64,000 nucleotides of DNA. Source: Mytilus trossulus. Taxonomy: Eukaryota. Below the pieces are notes generated by a model. The model saw only the letters and a program-made list of their open reading frames with translations, did no database searches and was not told where the DNA came from. The stretch lies in contig NC_086375.1 in assembly GCF_036588685.1 (NCBI RefSeq), forward strand, positions 47,306,001 to 47,370,000, read 5' to 3'. The translations under genes and the position numbers were made by a program. Shown piece after piece: positions 38,455 to 50,257 of the stretch (the stretch's first letter is position 1; every line of letters starts with the position of its first letter).

Positions 38455-39620
38455 TGCCAATGAGGCAACCTGAGACCATTTTCACTTAAATTAACAACTG
38501 TAGGCCACCGTACGGCCTTCAACAAAACACAAAGCTCATACCGCATAATAAGCTATAAAACGGGTCCGAAATGACAAACGAATTACAATTCAAACCGGAA
38601 AACTAACGGCATAATTTATGTACAAGAAAAAATAATGAAAATCAAATCAGTTACACAGCAACAAACAACAACTAAATTCAGGCTCCTGACTTTGGACAGT
38701 CACATACAGAATGTACTTAGACAGCGGTGTGTACTTTTTTATACAGGCTCCCGACTTTGAACAGTCACATACAGAATGTACTTAGGCAGCGGTGTAACAG
38801 GACATCATGAGAACAATTATTTAATTTAGTTAATAAAGGTTTAACTCTTCATGTGGGTACAGACAGACATACATCGAACAAAAACACAGAGTAAACGTGG
38901 CCGGGTACTTGTACATCCAAAACAAAAACACACTAAGTAAAGATCTGAGAGTATTCGCAGTTACTGACAGCTAGTTCAAATCCAAAATCAACCAAATAAT
39001 CATGCATCTAACACTTAATTATCAATCAGTACACATTCAACTTAAAAAAAAGAAGATGTGGTATGATTGCCAATGAGACAACTCTCCACAAGCAACCAAA
39101 TGACACAGAAATTAACAACTATAGGTCACCGTACGGACTTCAACAATTAGCATCGCCGTATAGTCGGCTATAATAGGCCCCGAAATGACGAATGAAAAAC
39201 AATTCTGACGAAAAACTAACGGCCGAATATATGTACAAAAAATGAACGAAAAACAAATATGTTACTCATCAACAAACGGCAACCTATGAAATCGCAGACT
39301 CCTGACTTTGGACAGATTGCGGTGGTGCTAGAATGTTAATGTTAGCGGAATCCCAACCATCCTCTTAACCCGTGACAGTGGTGTAACAGTACAGCATAAT
39401 AAAAAGCTGTAAAAATCAGTTGAAAAAGGCCTAACCCATCAGTTTCATACAAATATCATACATCTAAAAAAAAACCACAAGAGTGGACGTTGCCGGGTAC
39501 TTGAATATCCCAACAACAAAAAGACACTAAGTACTGGTCTGACAGGACTCGATGTTACTGACAGCTTGTTCAAAAGAAACTGTCAACTAATATAAAAAAT
39601 CATTAAAAATCTTAGACTAA
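38455..39620 (+). repeat. Two adjacent copies of interspersed repeat family A
   Basis: TTGCCAATGAG...AACAACT.TAGG.CACCGTACGG heads at about 38455 and 39053, each followed by the GCCGGGTACTTG...TACTGACAGCT tail. Confidence 0.75.
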
Positions 39621-42600
39621 ATATATATGCTCATTTTAAAAGAATGTATATATTTTGATTTAGGTATCCTCAGATATAAATTTCATTCCTTGCGACAAAA
39701 TAGCGGAGGTAAAAGTTCAACGAATCTTTTGAAAATAGCTTAGGATCATTTTATTATCTTTAATTGTTTCGTGAAAAGAGCTTCATAGTTCTTTTGACTA
39801 GTAAGTAGATTGAGGTAAATCTAACAATTCATTTTGGTTTTGTGTGAATTTACGCCAGTTAGGAATATCTAAAAATAACTAATAAACGCTATGCAATCAT
39901 GCTTTATGAAACACACGATATAAATAGGTCTAAATAGTTCTCTGCTAGACAATCAAATACCTAATGATCATAAATAAAAAAAAGTAAGCCTACAGACAAA
40001 ATCAATGAACAACTATTTAAGATTAGCTACGCCGTTTTGCACCTGAATCTGTCCGACCAGATTATTTTAATAACAAGTGATGAAGTTACCCATCCCCATT
40101 ATCTTCCCGCTTGCGTATATTCTAGTATTTGGTTTATTTTAATTTGTGAAAAAAATATACAGATGATCTTTTTTTTGTAACAACATTTTATATAGAAAAT
40201 TCCTTCTTTGTAAGTTTTTGCAACGAACTTTAGAAAAAACATCCAATGAGGTTTTTTTTTAATTTCCTTTTGATGTGCCTTTTTCTTGAACTCTTTAGAA
40301 ACCAGTCAAGAACATTTTGTTTAATAGTTGTCGGTTGATGATGTGGTTCATAAGTTTTTCTCGTGTTTTTTCCTGTTTGGATTGTTTTACAGTAGTCATT
40401 TTGTGGACCTTTATACTTTCTGTTCGACATCAACAAAGGCTCCGTAATGAAAGCAATACTTCGTCCTATAATTGTTTACTTTTTAACTGGAGAGTTGGCA
40501 CTCATACCACATCAATTCTTTGGCTAAGAATTTACACACTTCCATCATCCCCGAAAAATTAAGGGTTTTACTGGCGGTACAAAATGATATGAAAGTCGAA
40601 TTCAAACAAACTGTTGGAAACATAAATTGCCTGATATCCAAAAGCGTAAACATAACTTCGCCTAGGGTTTTGCAATGACAAGACGTATAGTCCACGTTCC
40701 ACTAACAATTCTGCTTCCATTTTCAAGATACATAGCTTCGCCTCGGAAATTTATTGATTTCTCTTTGTATGTTTAGTTTTGATATGAATCGTTCTACGGA
40801 TAACACTACATATGCCACTGCTATTTATTACATTATCATTATATGATGACAAAAACTAATTGTTTGTAAATTGTAGTCTACTGACCAAAGGGAGACAACT
40901 GTACCAGAATTAAATAACAAAACGAGTATAATCGCTATATAAATTTTCGTTTATTTAAAGACTGTCTTGCATATCTCATGAACTATCAAAACACAATCAG
41001 GCCGAGTGTTTTCTTCAAGTGTTGAACTTCGACGGTAAGGAAATGCTGTAATTTTTCCCGCTTGCGCTATCAAGTTTTTACCGTATACATTAAAAAGTTG
41101 AAGGAGCAAACTCATCCATGGCATCTTAATAAAGATCAAAATGCAGTCTTCATCACTATTATTGTCTATACATTATTTCTTAATGTCTTTATAACCGTAA
41201 AAATGTTACCTTAACACCAACACATAATTTTCCAAACAATGAATAAGATCAGTTATTGCTATTTTATGTTCAGGTTGTATTTACTTGAACAATCTCATCT
41301 TGTGAAGCGTTTCTTTCATCTTCAGAAGTCAGTTCCTCATCAACACTAATAGTGTCTGCTGAAGATTGGGCGTCCTATCCTATCTCCGTATTTTGTAACT
41401 CATCATTTTCAACGTTTGGAAATTTTTCAATGATGGTTGTTATGACGACATTTCCAAAGTTTTATTCCTCATCAGATGTTGTATCCTCAGAGTAGTCATT
41501 CTCAGTGGTCGGCTCCTTCTGTTTTGTCTACTCTTTGCAGGTGTTGGTCTTTTTCGGTTTATCCTAGAATCAAGTGTTGGTGTGTTACTTATGAATCATA
41601 TAGGAAGGAGTAGATTCCTGTGCCATTTTCCTTCTTAACTGAAAATATTGGTATGTCACTGTTTGGTTTACTGATGCCATGATAGGGATCATGCTCCCAT
41701 CTGTCAGCCAACTTGTGTTTCCCTTCTTTGAAAGCAACTATCTTCACTTGCACTCTAGCCTGGGTCCTACTTGTTCTCTCTTAATTCAAATACTACGTCA
41801 ATTGGCAATATTGGATTTTTACCAAATACATGTATAAGCAGATAAGGTGTCTGTCCCGTGCTGTCATGACGTGAACAGTTTTTTTTAAATAACATAAATC
41901 TTTTATTAGTATTGCACATTTCACTGCTGTTTACAACTTACTCTGACGTGAACAGTTGTCGGCGTTAACTAGTGGAGCAACATAATCATTCCAATCAGTT
42001 TTCTTGTCTGGTTCCAATGATCCTAACATTTTTAATATTGTTCATAGCATGGTAGCTGATAGTTCTGGATTTTTTTCATGCCAGTAATGTTACACAAATC
42101 TTTAATCACCTTAACCTCAAAATAAGCTCTTTGATTCGAGTGAATACTAGTACTCTACAGTATCCCCTAGTGGAGAATAAAGTGATTGTACGTTTCAGCA
42201 GTAGTCTTGGCTTACTAGTTTCTGGTTGGAATTAATGCCATTGCAAATCTAGTAAAATTATCTGTTATCACTTACAAGTGTTGATGAACTGCCTTGGATG
42301 GTTCCAGTTTCAAGAATTCCATGCAGACTAGTTCTAACGGAGAACTAGTTATGATGCTCACAAAAGGTGCTCGTTGAGTGGTGGTCAGGATCTAAATCCT
42401 GAACCTTTTCCCAGTCAATAAGGTTCCTGGTTTCTGTTCTTCTTGGATCGTAATCATCTAATTCTAACTCTGGTTGAGCTTCAAGTTTTCAATGAGGGAC
42501 CTTGAAAACATGGAATTACTGATAGGTTGAATCGCTCCAATGGTAATAGGTAGATGGCTAAGAGTATCTGCATTGTTTTGTCCTGGTCTATAATGTTTGT

Positions 42601-43285
42601 TCAAGTTGAATGCTATCAACCAACGATGTCCTGCTGCATCCGACTTTGAGGTGGTCAAAACATAGGTTACTCGATTGTTGTTAGTGAGGACTGTGAAACT
42701 AATGACCGTAAATAAAGTTCTTGAACTTGTCGCAGATGTCCCACTTGAGTGCAAGGAATTCTCTCTTATGTGGTGGGTAGGAATACGATTTGTCAATGGC
42801 CTACTGATCTAACTAAAATCTTTCTAAATCTTCTGTAGTATTTTACGAAACCCTAAAACTACGTACATCATCCGGCGTTGTTGGTTGAGGTCAGTTAACT
42901 ACTTGGTCTGTATTGTGTTGGTCCCTCTTCAGATACTCTATGACAAATGTAATTTACCTTCCTTTAAAAAAATTACACTTACTTTGACTCTTTGATAACC
43001 TGAAACACAAGCTGTAAATGTTCCAGTGCTCTTCGAATGTCTTTCAAAAAATGATAATGTTGTCAAGAAATATGCAACAGATCTTATATTACCGGGCTTG
43101 TATTTCCTATCACGATTTCCTTGATAGAGAATTGCTGCTCACAAGGAAGCTTTTAACCAAGAGTTCCAAATAATGAAGTTGAAATCAGCCCTTCATCAAT
43201 TTTACGAACGCCATCACGAGTTGATTGACCGTTATTGAATAATAAAATAAACTCATCATAGATACCAGGACTAAATTTTGTACAT

Positions 43286-43329
43286 ACGCCAGACGCGCGT
43301 TTCGTCTACAAAAGACTCATCAGTGACGC
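43286..43329 (-). ncRNA. Type I hammerhead ribozyme (intact); predicted cleavage between 43292 and 43291
   Basis: The reverse complement is identical to the 35851-35894 motif. Confidence 0.88.
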
Positions 43330-43649
43330 TCGAATCCAAAAAAGTTAAAAAGGCCAAATAAAGTACGAAGTTGAAGAGCGTTGAGAACCAACATTCCTAA
43401 AAGTGTTGCCAAATCCAGCTAAGCTATTATATGCCTAAGGTAGAAAAGCCTTAGTATTTCAAAAATTCTAATTTTTTTAAACAGTTAATTTATAAATATA
43501 ACCATATCAATGATAATTCATTTCAGCACAAAAAGTGCTGACTACTGGGCTGGTGATACCCTCGGGGAAATAAATCTCCACCAGCAGTGGCATCGACCCA
43601 GTGGTTGTGACTTAACTAATCATACATACAAAAACTTAATTGTGTACAT

Positions 43650-43693
43650 ACGCCAGGCGCGCGTTTAGACCACAAAAGACTCATCAGTGACGC
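43650..43693 (-). ncRNA. Mutated hammerhead ribozyme (probably inactive)
   Basis: CUGAUGA is retained, but GAAA has become UAAA, stem II is weakened and the cleavage triplet GUC has become GCC. Confidence 0.7.
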
Positions 43694-44013
43694 TCGAATC
43701 CAAAAAAGTTATAAAGGCCAAATAAAGTACGAACATGAAGAGCATTGAGGACCAAAATTCCTAAAAGTTTTGCCAAATCCAGCGAAGCTATTATATGCCT
43801 GAGGTAGAAAAGCCTTAGTATTTCAAAAATTCTAAATTTTGTAAACAGTTAATTTATAAATATAACCATATCAATGATAATTCATGTCAGCACAAAAAGT
43901 GCTGACTACTGGGCTGGTGATACCCTCGGGGAAATAAATCTCCACCAGCAGTGGCATCGACACAGTGGTTGTAAATAAACTCATCATAGATACCAGGACT
44001 AAATTTTGTACAT

Positions 44014-44051
44014 ACGCCAGACGCGCGTTTCGTCTACAAAAGACTCATCAG
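44014..44051 (-). ncRNA. Hammerhead ribozyme truncated at the insertion boundary (5' strand of stem I missing)
   Basis: CUGAUGA, stem II, GAAA and CGCGCGUC/UGGCGU are intact, but the upstream GCGUCA is replaced by host sequence. Confidence 0.75.
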
Positions 44052-47000
44052 AATAACCGTTTTACAGATGATATCGGATATGTTCCCTATGTCGTAACAA
44101 CAATACCTCCCCTCTGACCTACTGCATTAGGCTATTTACCGGATTTGTAATAATATAAGCATCACGACCGGTGCCACACGTGGTGCAGGATTGCCTACTC
44201 TTACTCTTCCGAAGCACATGAGATCATCCCTATTTTTGGTGGTGTTCGTGTTGCTTATTCTTTAGTTTTCTATGTTCTATGTTGTGTCTTCTGTACTATT
44301 ATTTAGATATAGGAAGATGTGGTGTGAGTGCCAATGAGACAACTCTCCATCCAAATAACAATTTAAAAAGTAAACCATTATAGGTTAAAGTACGGCCTTC
44401 TGTTTGTCTTTTTATTTTTAGCCATGGCGTTGTCAGTTTATTTTCAATCTATGACTGTCCTTCTGTTATCTTTCGTTCCACTTTTAAGTTGAATTTAGCC
44501 AAGAAAGTCTCCATCAGTCTTTGATATGTCGCTGAGGAGTTCATCAACCCAAAACGACATCTGTTTAAACTAATAAAATTCAAACGGTTCTACAGAGAAA
44601 AAAAACCAGTCCATTCCTTGTGTTTTAAAGAATTTCTACTTGGTGATATACGGACTTCGTGTCGACAACTGAGAAAAACTTGCTTTTCTGGCATCACTCC
44701 AACAATTCCTTGATGCTCGGAAAAGCATAAGCAAGTTTTGTCTGAAGTTTCAGTTTGCGGTAATCAACACACATTCTTAATGCTCCTTATTTCTTCTTGC
44801 CGAGGACTATATATGATGAAAAAGGTGACCGGGAAGGTCTAACAATCCCTATGTCTATAAGCTGATGTAAGGATGACCTGTCTTCGTCATTCATGGATGC
44901 TGGTATTCTCCTATATGACTGCTTGAATGGTCTCTCTTTGTATATATCAATACCTGGTTCACTCTATCGGTGTGACCTACATCTTGATCGCCTTTGCTGA
45001 AGATGTTAGAATATTCAACAATCAACTACTTACATACCTTTAACTGTGTACTGTTAAGAGTTTTTTTCAGTTATATTCCTTGCCCTAATAACAAATTACC
45101 ATCATATTTATCTGGTTTCGGTTGTTCCTCAATGGTTACTAGTTGGATATCGCATATAATCGACTTCGGCGGTATTGTGAAATTCACTTGTGGTTGTATT
45201 CGACATTCTAACGGTTATCGTTTCATTCTGTTTGTAATAATACTCGTATAAATGTGGTTCAATGTCGATGGCATTGCATTCTGTAGATAACTCACTTGTA
45301 AAGATAGATTGTGTTGTACAGTACCGGATTTCTCTATGACAATATCCAATAACTATCTTCATGATATTTGGTTGGATGGTTATTCCCTGTTGACATCTTA
45401 AGCTTACAATGACTAATCGGTTGTTATTCTTTGACAATTCTTTGTCTCTCATTGATGTAACGAATCTTATGTACCATGGAGTTGTCAATGCTGCGTTCTG
45501 TAAATATCTGGCTCCAAGTTGTTCTTGAAGTTCAAATATAAGTTGATCTAAAATGTTGGTTCCTATTAATGCTGGGTACATGTTGACTATAACGGCTATC
45601 TGATACTAAAAGTAACACGTGCTTGATATTGACGTTGTTATTCCCTGGTGTTATAATTTTAACTTCTATAAATCCTGACTATGGTCGTTAAGTTCCTCCA
45701 GCTGTCTCAGTTTCCAAAATCGAGTCTTAATTCCTCATAGGTGTTGACTGAGAAAGATGGTCCTGATAATATGATTCACCTTTAGTTGATACAGTAGAAC
45801 AGTAGATAGCTTTTGTCGGTTTTCCAAATATGTCTTGATGTGTAATACCGGTACACTTCACAATGTTGTTTTTAACCATGGGACCATAATTCCTCCTATA
45901 CTCAAACCCAATACCGGCTCCTCTGTACAGGTTCCGGGTGTTTACATTCCTCGAATGGTCAATTCTTATTCTACAACCTATCTTTATATGGCCTTCTTGT
46001 CCACAACTCCTGTTTGTTGTTGTTTAGGAACCTGCTGTACAGGATCTCGTGTTCTTTGATTTTGCCAATTATTGTACTGTCCTTGATATTAACAATTGTT
46101 GTTCTGTCCTGAGGTTTGGTTCCTGGGGTTTGGTTCCTGCCTCTGCGGCCTCATCTAACCTATATACCTGTCATTACCTCTATATGGTGAATGTTCCTGT
46201 TGACGTTGATGTCGTAGTTCCATAAATTGACGGCTCAATTGTTGTACCATACCTTTCAATTCCTCAACATCATTTGTTTCATTTGTTTCAGGTGAAGTTG
46301 AAGTAGCTGCATTAGAACTGTTTTAAAAAAATGGCTTTTTTGTTGATAATCTTTCTCAATTTGTCTTAAGTGCAACTCTGAGATGGTTGAAATCTTGAAA
46401 GGAGTCATACCATGGAGGCCACCAATATCTTTCAATTCTTGTCTCAATCCGGTCCAAAACATGGCATGAAGCATGGTATTATAGTCCACACTTCCATAAA
46501 CGCTGTCTAAAATGTCTAATAAATCATTGATTGGTTTATCCCAGCCTTAATTAGTACATTATTATCAGTGCAGCTGATCCAGGTAAAGAACGACGGATGG
46601 CAAAATCCTTATGTGTCTTGGTATAGGTTGGATCTTTTAAAGCTATCTTCACATCATATCTCCATATAGCATATGCAATCTCGCTTTTGTTATCTCCACA
46701 TGAGAAACGGGCTTATAATTATGATTTCACAATTACCACTTCAAATATCCTGATCAATAAAATTTGCTACAAACACATTCCCTGTATAGCAGAAATTGTG
46801 ATATGTAAACCGTGATTGGTTGATGGAATTTTAATGTCATATATTAAACAAAACATGCACATATATATAACAATTAGTACTCTCCTTTGAACCAGGCAAA
46901 CACTATATATTAGCTACCGACAAACAAGATACCACTCAGTTCATCCCAAACCAGCCAATCTTGCCCTAAATGCCTTAATCTTTATTTGTGGAAAATATCT

Positions 47001-50000
47001 ATTTCACAATTTAAAATGCATCCTATCGCCTTTCAATGACAGGTCATCTATGAACCACTCATACAGGTTTTTTAAATGTTCGTAAATGTCTTAAGAGTGT
47101 GACACTATCCATACACGAAAATTAGTCCACAATTTGACCAAACGTTACAGCGTATTTATACATCCTGAGGCAAAGCCAAACTGACGTCTTTGTTTATGTT
47201 TGTTTGCCAGATTACAGTTGCCTAATTAACCATCTTATACCCTAGCTTACCATTGGGGCTTTGTATGATTGTTACAGACATTCGCCATAAACATGTCTTT
47301 GCTTATTAGGGCAAATGCCTCCTACTGCCACTAGCATGTACACTAAGTTTACATATATCATTATTTGCTTTATGAATAAATAACAATATAGGTCGATGAG
47401 ATAAAGCGTAAAACAAACGCATGTTCGATAGGAGATGTCAATATGATAATGTAAATTTGTCTAGAATTTCATTTATTTAGATAAATTTTCAACTTTTATT
47501 CTCTGCAAACATATGTATATACCTGTGAGGAAAGTTAAATAATGACAGAAGATTTAATTAAAAAGTAAATATGAAAAATAAAATTGCATTTTACAACAAG
47601 TAATAAGTATGTTAAGAATTTCTCGATTTAATCCAAACATTAAGAATTATTCTTAAAGCTTCGTGGATTTATCTGGCGTTCATTATTATGAACAAACATC
47701 AGGCCGTCATGTTTTCAAGTTTGATTTTTTTTACGTTTGTCATTTCGGGACTTTCAATAGCATGGATTTTGCTCATTGTAGAAGGTCGTACGGTGCAATA
47801 TAGTCGTCAATTTCTGTTTCGTGGAGAGTTGTCTCGTTGGCAATCGTACTATTATATCTTCTTATTTTCATATTCGCATAGGTATGGGTATTTTGTTGTT
47901 TTATTTGTGTTTTTGTTTCCAGTCTCATTGACCATCACAGAACTACTTTCAGTCATTCTATATTAGTGTAAAACATCCGTGTAACGATGTCAGTATTCAG
48001 ATCACTTATAACATGTTGTGGAGACTAATATAGCGATTGACTAAGAGAAATATTAATATGATTCCTCGAAAAACGGTTTTTAATAAAAAAAAAAAAAAGA
48101 AAAAAAAAAAAAAAAGAAGATGTATAACCTGGAATTGTGTTAGTCGGTCGGTTATCAGGTGGATGATTTTAAGGATAACACCAAATTGTTTTTGTAGAGA
48201 TTATATTAAATTGAGGTCACAAGTCCAAAAAGTATTGAACACCATATTTGTCTAAGATACAAGTGTCAAGGCAGATATTTGAAAACTAGCTTAGTCAAAA
48301 TATTTGATTTGATGAAATATTTGATTTGTAAACAAAATTTAACCCATGATAGATAGTCATTTTTTTAAAAACCACGACTTATAACGGACGTTTTTATAAA
48401 TACGTATAAATTGTCACAGTACATTTAGAAACAAAAATAATAAATTGAACTTCATTAAAGCAAAGATTGTCTCATGAGTTTGATGTAATCCTTTAAAGAC
48501 TTTTTTTTTTAAAGTTTTGCTCCCAATGTATTTTTCTTTAAAAGTTTTGCTTTCAATGTAATATACCTCATATGATTTTCCAACTGTTGACTGCAAAGTA
48601 GATTTTGGGCTTAATTGTGTCCATGAATTAGTTGTTTTTCAACGTAAATGCGTAGCACTTCATACTACTAATGTGCACACGGTGAACGCTTTCACAACCC
48701 ATGATTACATTTATATTATACAACCACAAAATAAAAATTATATGAGTTTCACTTTTTTTCTATGCATTGTTGTGATGTTGTCATGGGAAGCACATGCAGC
48801 CATGCATATTGAATTTTATTGAGAAATAAAATTTGTATTTCGAATTACTCGCGATTGTTGTCATTCAATGAAAAGCACGGATACAATGCTTAATAAATAT
48901 ACACATAATATTAGGCAAAGTTGACCTTACAAGATTTTTACCGTTCTGCATATTGTTTTTCCTGCAAAGAAATGTTTATTTTGTTAGCCACTTCATTTTT
49001 TTTTTTATCTAGAGCATTCCTCTAGGCGGTTGATCTACAATAAAACATTACGTTTGTTCTTTTCTGATAGTCATAACACTCAACACATATAGTCAACCCG
49101 TAAAACAATTTTCGTCCGTGTAAATATATTTTTTTTGTAAACGCCAAAGCATTGGTATCTGAATTTGATTGATATAACGAAGTTAGTTTCAGGAGATGTT
49201 TTATGAATTTCACTGTTACTGTTTAGCCTAGTTTTGGTGGTATCCATTTGACTTGGCTTTGTATTTATACATCCAATAATTGTGTCATTGTTCTGTAACA
49301 GTTTTTGTATACTTGGCTTTCATTTTTGCTAATATACTTTGTCTATATGCCTTTTTGTTTGTTTCTTTGTTACATATGGCGTGGTTCTGTACTTATATAT
49401 CCCGTCATTGTGTTATTGTGCCATGGAAAAACGTTTGTTTACATGATTGTTGGTTTTTAAAGTGATTAAGATAATAACACAATGTTGACTGCTGTATTCC
49501 TATTTTTGACATTTTCACCTGTTATGTCTGTTTGTTTTGTTCACACATCGTTGTCCATATACTGAAATATAATGACATTGTCGTACACGTGAGAGGTTTA
49601 GCTATCTATAAAATCAGGTTAAATCCACAATTTTCTACCTAAGAAAATGCCCGTAGTAATCTAAAAATATGACAGTTGTCCATTCGTTTAATGTGTTTGA
49701 GCGTTTGATTTTGCCATTTGCATAAATATCTCTCTCTTTCTTGGAGAAATAAATGAAATAGAGTTTTAAACATGTTTAAAGACATCCGAAATCGTAGAAT
49801 GATTGAATCTCAATGTATGGTCAGATTTGTAGTAGATAACACTTTTCTCTGTTTTGCCGACAACACTATACTTTTATAATAATAAGGTAATCATTCTATG
49901 AAACGTAATTTTTATTAAAACAAAACAATTAACAAAAGGTATTAAATAATAACGTATTTACACGCATGGAAGACATTGCTTACGTATATATGTGCACAAT

Positions 50001-50257
50001 ATTAATCATAACAATAATATTCATAGTGGTGTACAAGAATGCCAACAGCCTACAGCTGAGTTTTCACTATCAAAGACATAACATCCAGACACAACAAAAA
50101 AGTTCAACAAAATGTAAAAACTAAAATTATTTATCAACACCTTTATATTTCATTTGTAAATATTTTGTGAGGGCTTTAAAAAAAAGTCCTCATGATATCA
50201 CTTAGTGATTACTACTCTTATAACATATTAATATGATATATTATAATCGTTTTTTTT

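Larger units (their letters stand above)
43243..44050 (-). mobile_element. Tandem array (~2.2 units) of a 364-bp hammerhead-containing repeat (non-LTR retrozyme-like)
   Basis: Hammerhead motifs start at 43286, 43650 and 44014, an exact period of 364. Flanked by GAATAA (43237-43242, 44051-44056). No ORF. Confidence 0.88.
43086..44484 (+). mobile_element. 3' fragment of a Penelope-like RT element inserted in the Gypsy RT (itself interrupted at 43243-44050 and about 44306-44400)
   Basis: 43087-43236 reads YYRACISYHDFLDRELLLTRKLL/NQEFQIMKLKSALHQFYERHHELIDRY (one frameshift), resembling the post-RT thumb region of Penelope-like elements. The Gypsy RT frame resumes on both sides (FNLK | ICCIFLDN). 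Confidence 0.55.
41250..46720 (-). mobile_element. Decayed Ty3/Gypsy LTR retrotransposon internal region (gag-PR-RT-RH-IN pseudogene); LTRs not resolved
   Basis: Minus-strand remnants in Gypsy order: gag-like WRYDV and MFWTGLRQELK; protease-side ALIGTNIL; RT LRMCVDYRKL, FGLMNSSATYQRLM, CCIFLDNIIIF; RNase H FTVLTNNN...AAGHRWL; integrase SSPLELVCMEFL, VITDNFTRFAMA, HKLADRWE. Many stops and frameshifts. Confidence 0.85.

Noticed and set aside
46720-47150. Possible 5' LTR of the Gypsy element (TGTCACAC at about 47104 on the minus strand)
   Set aside because: No matching second LTR, primer-binding site or TSD could be identified near 40900-41250.
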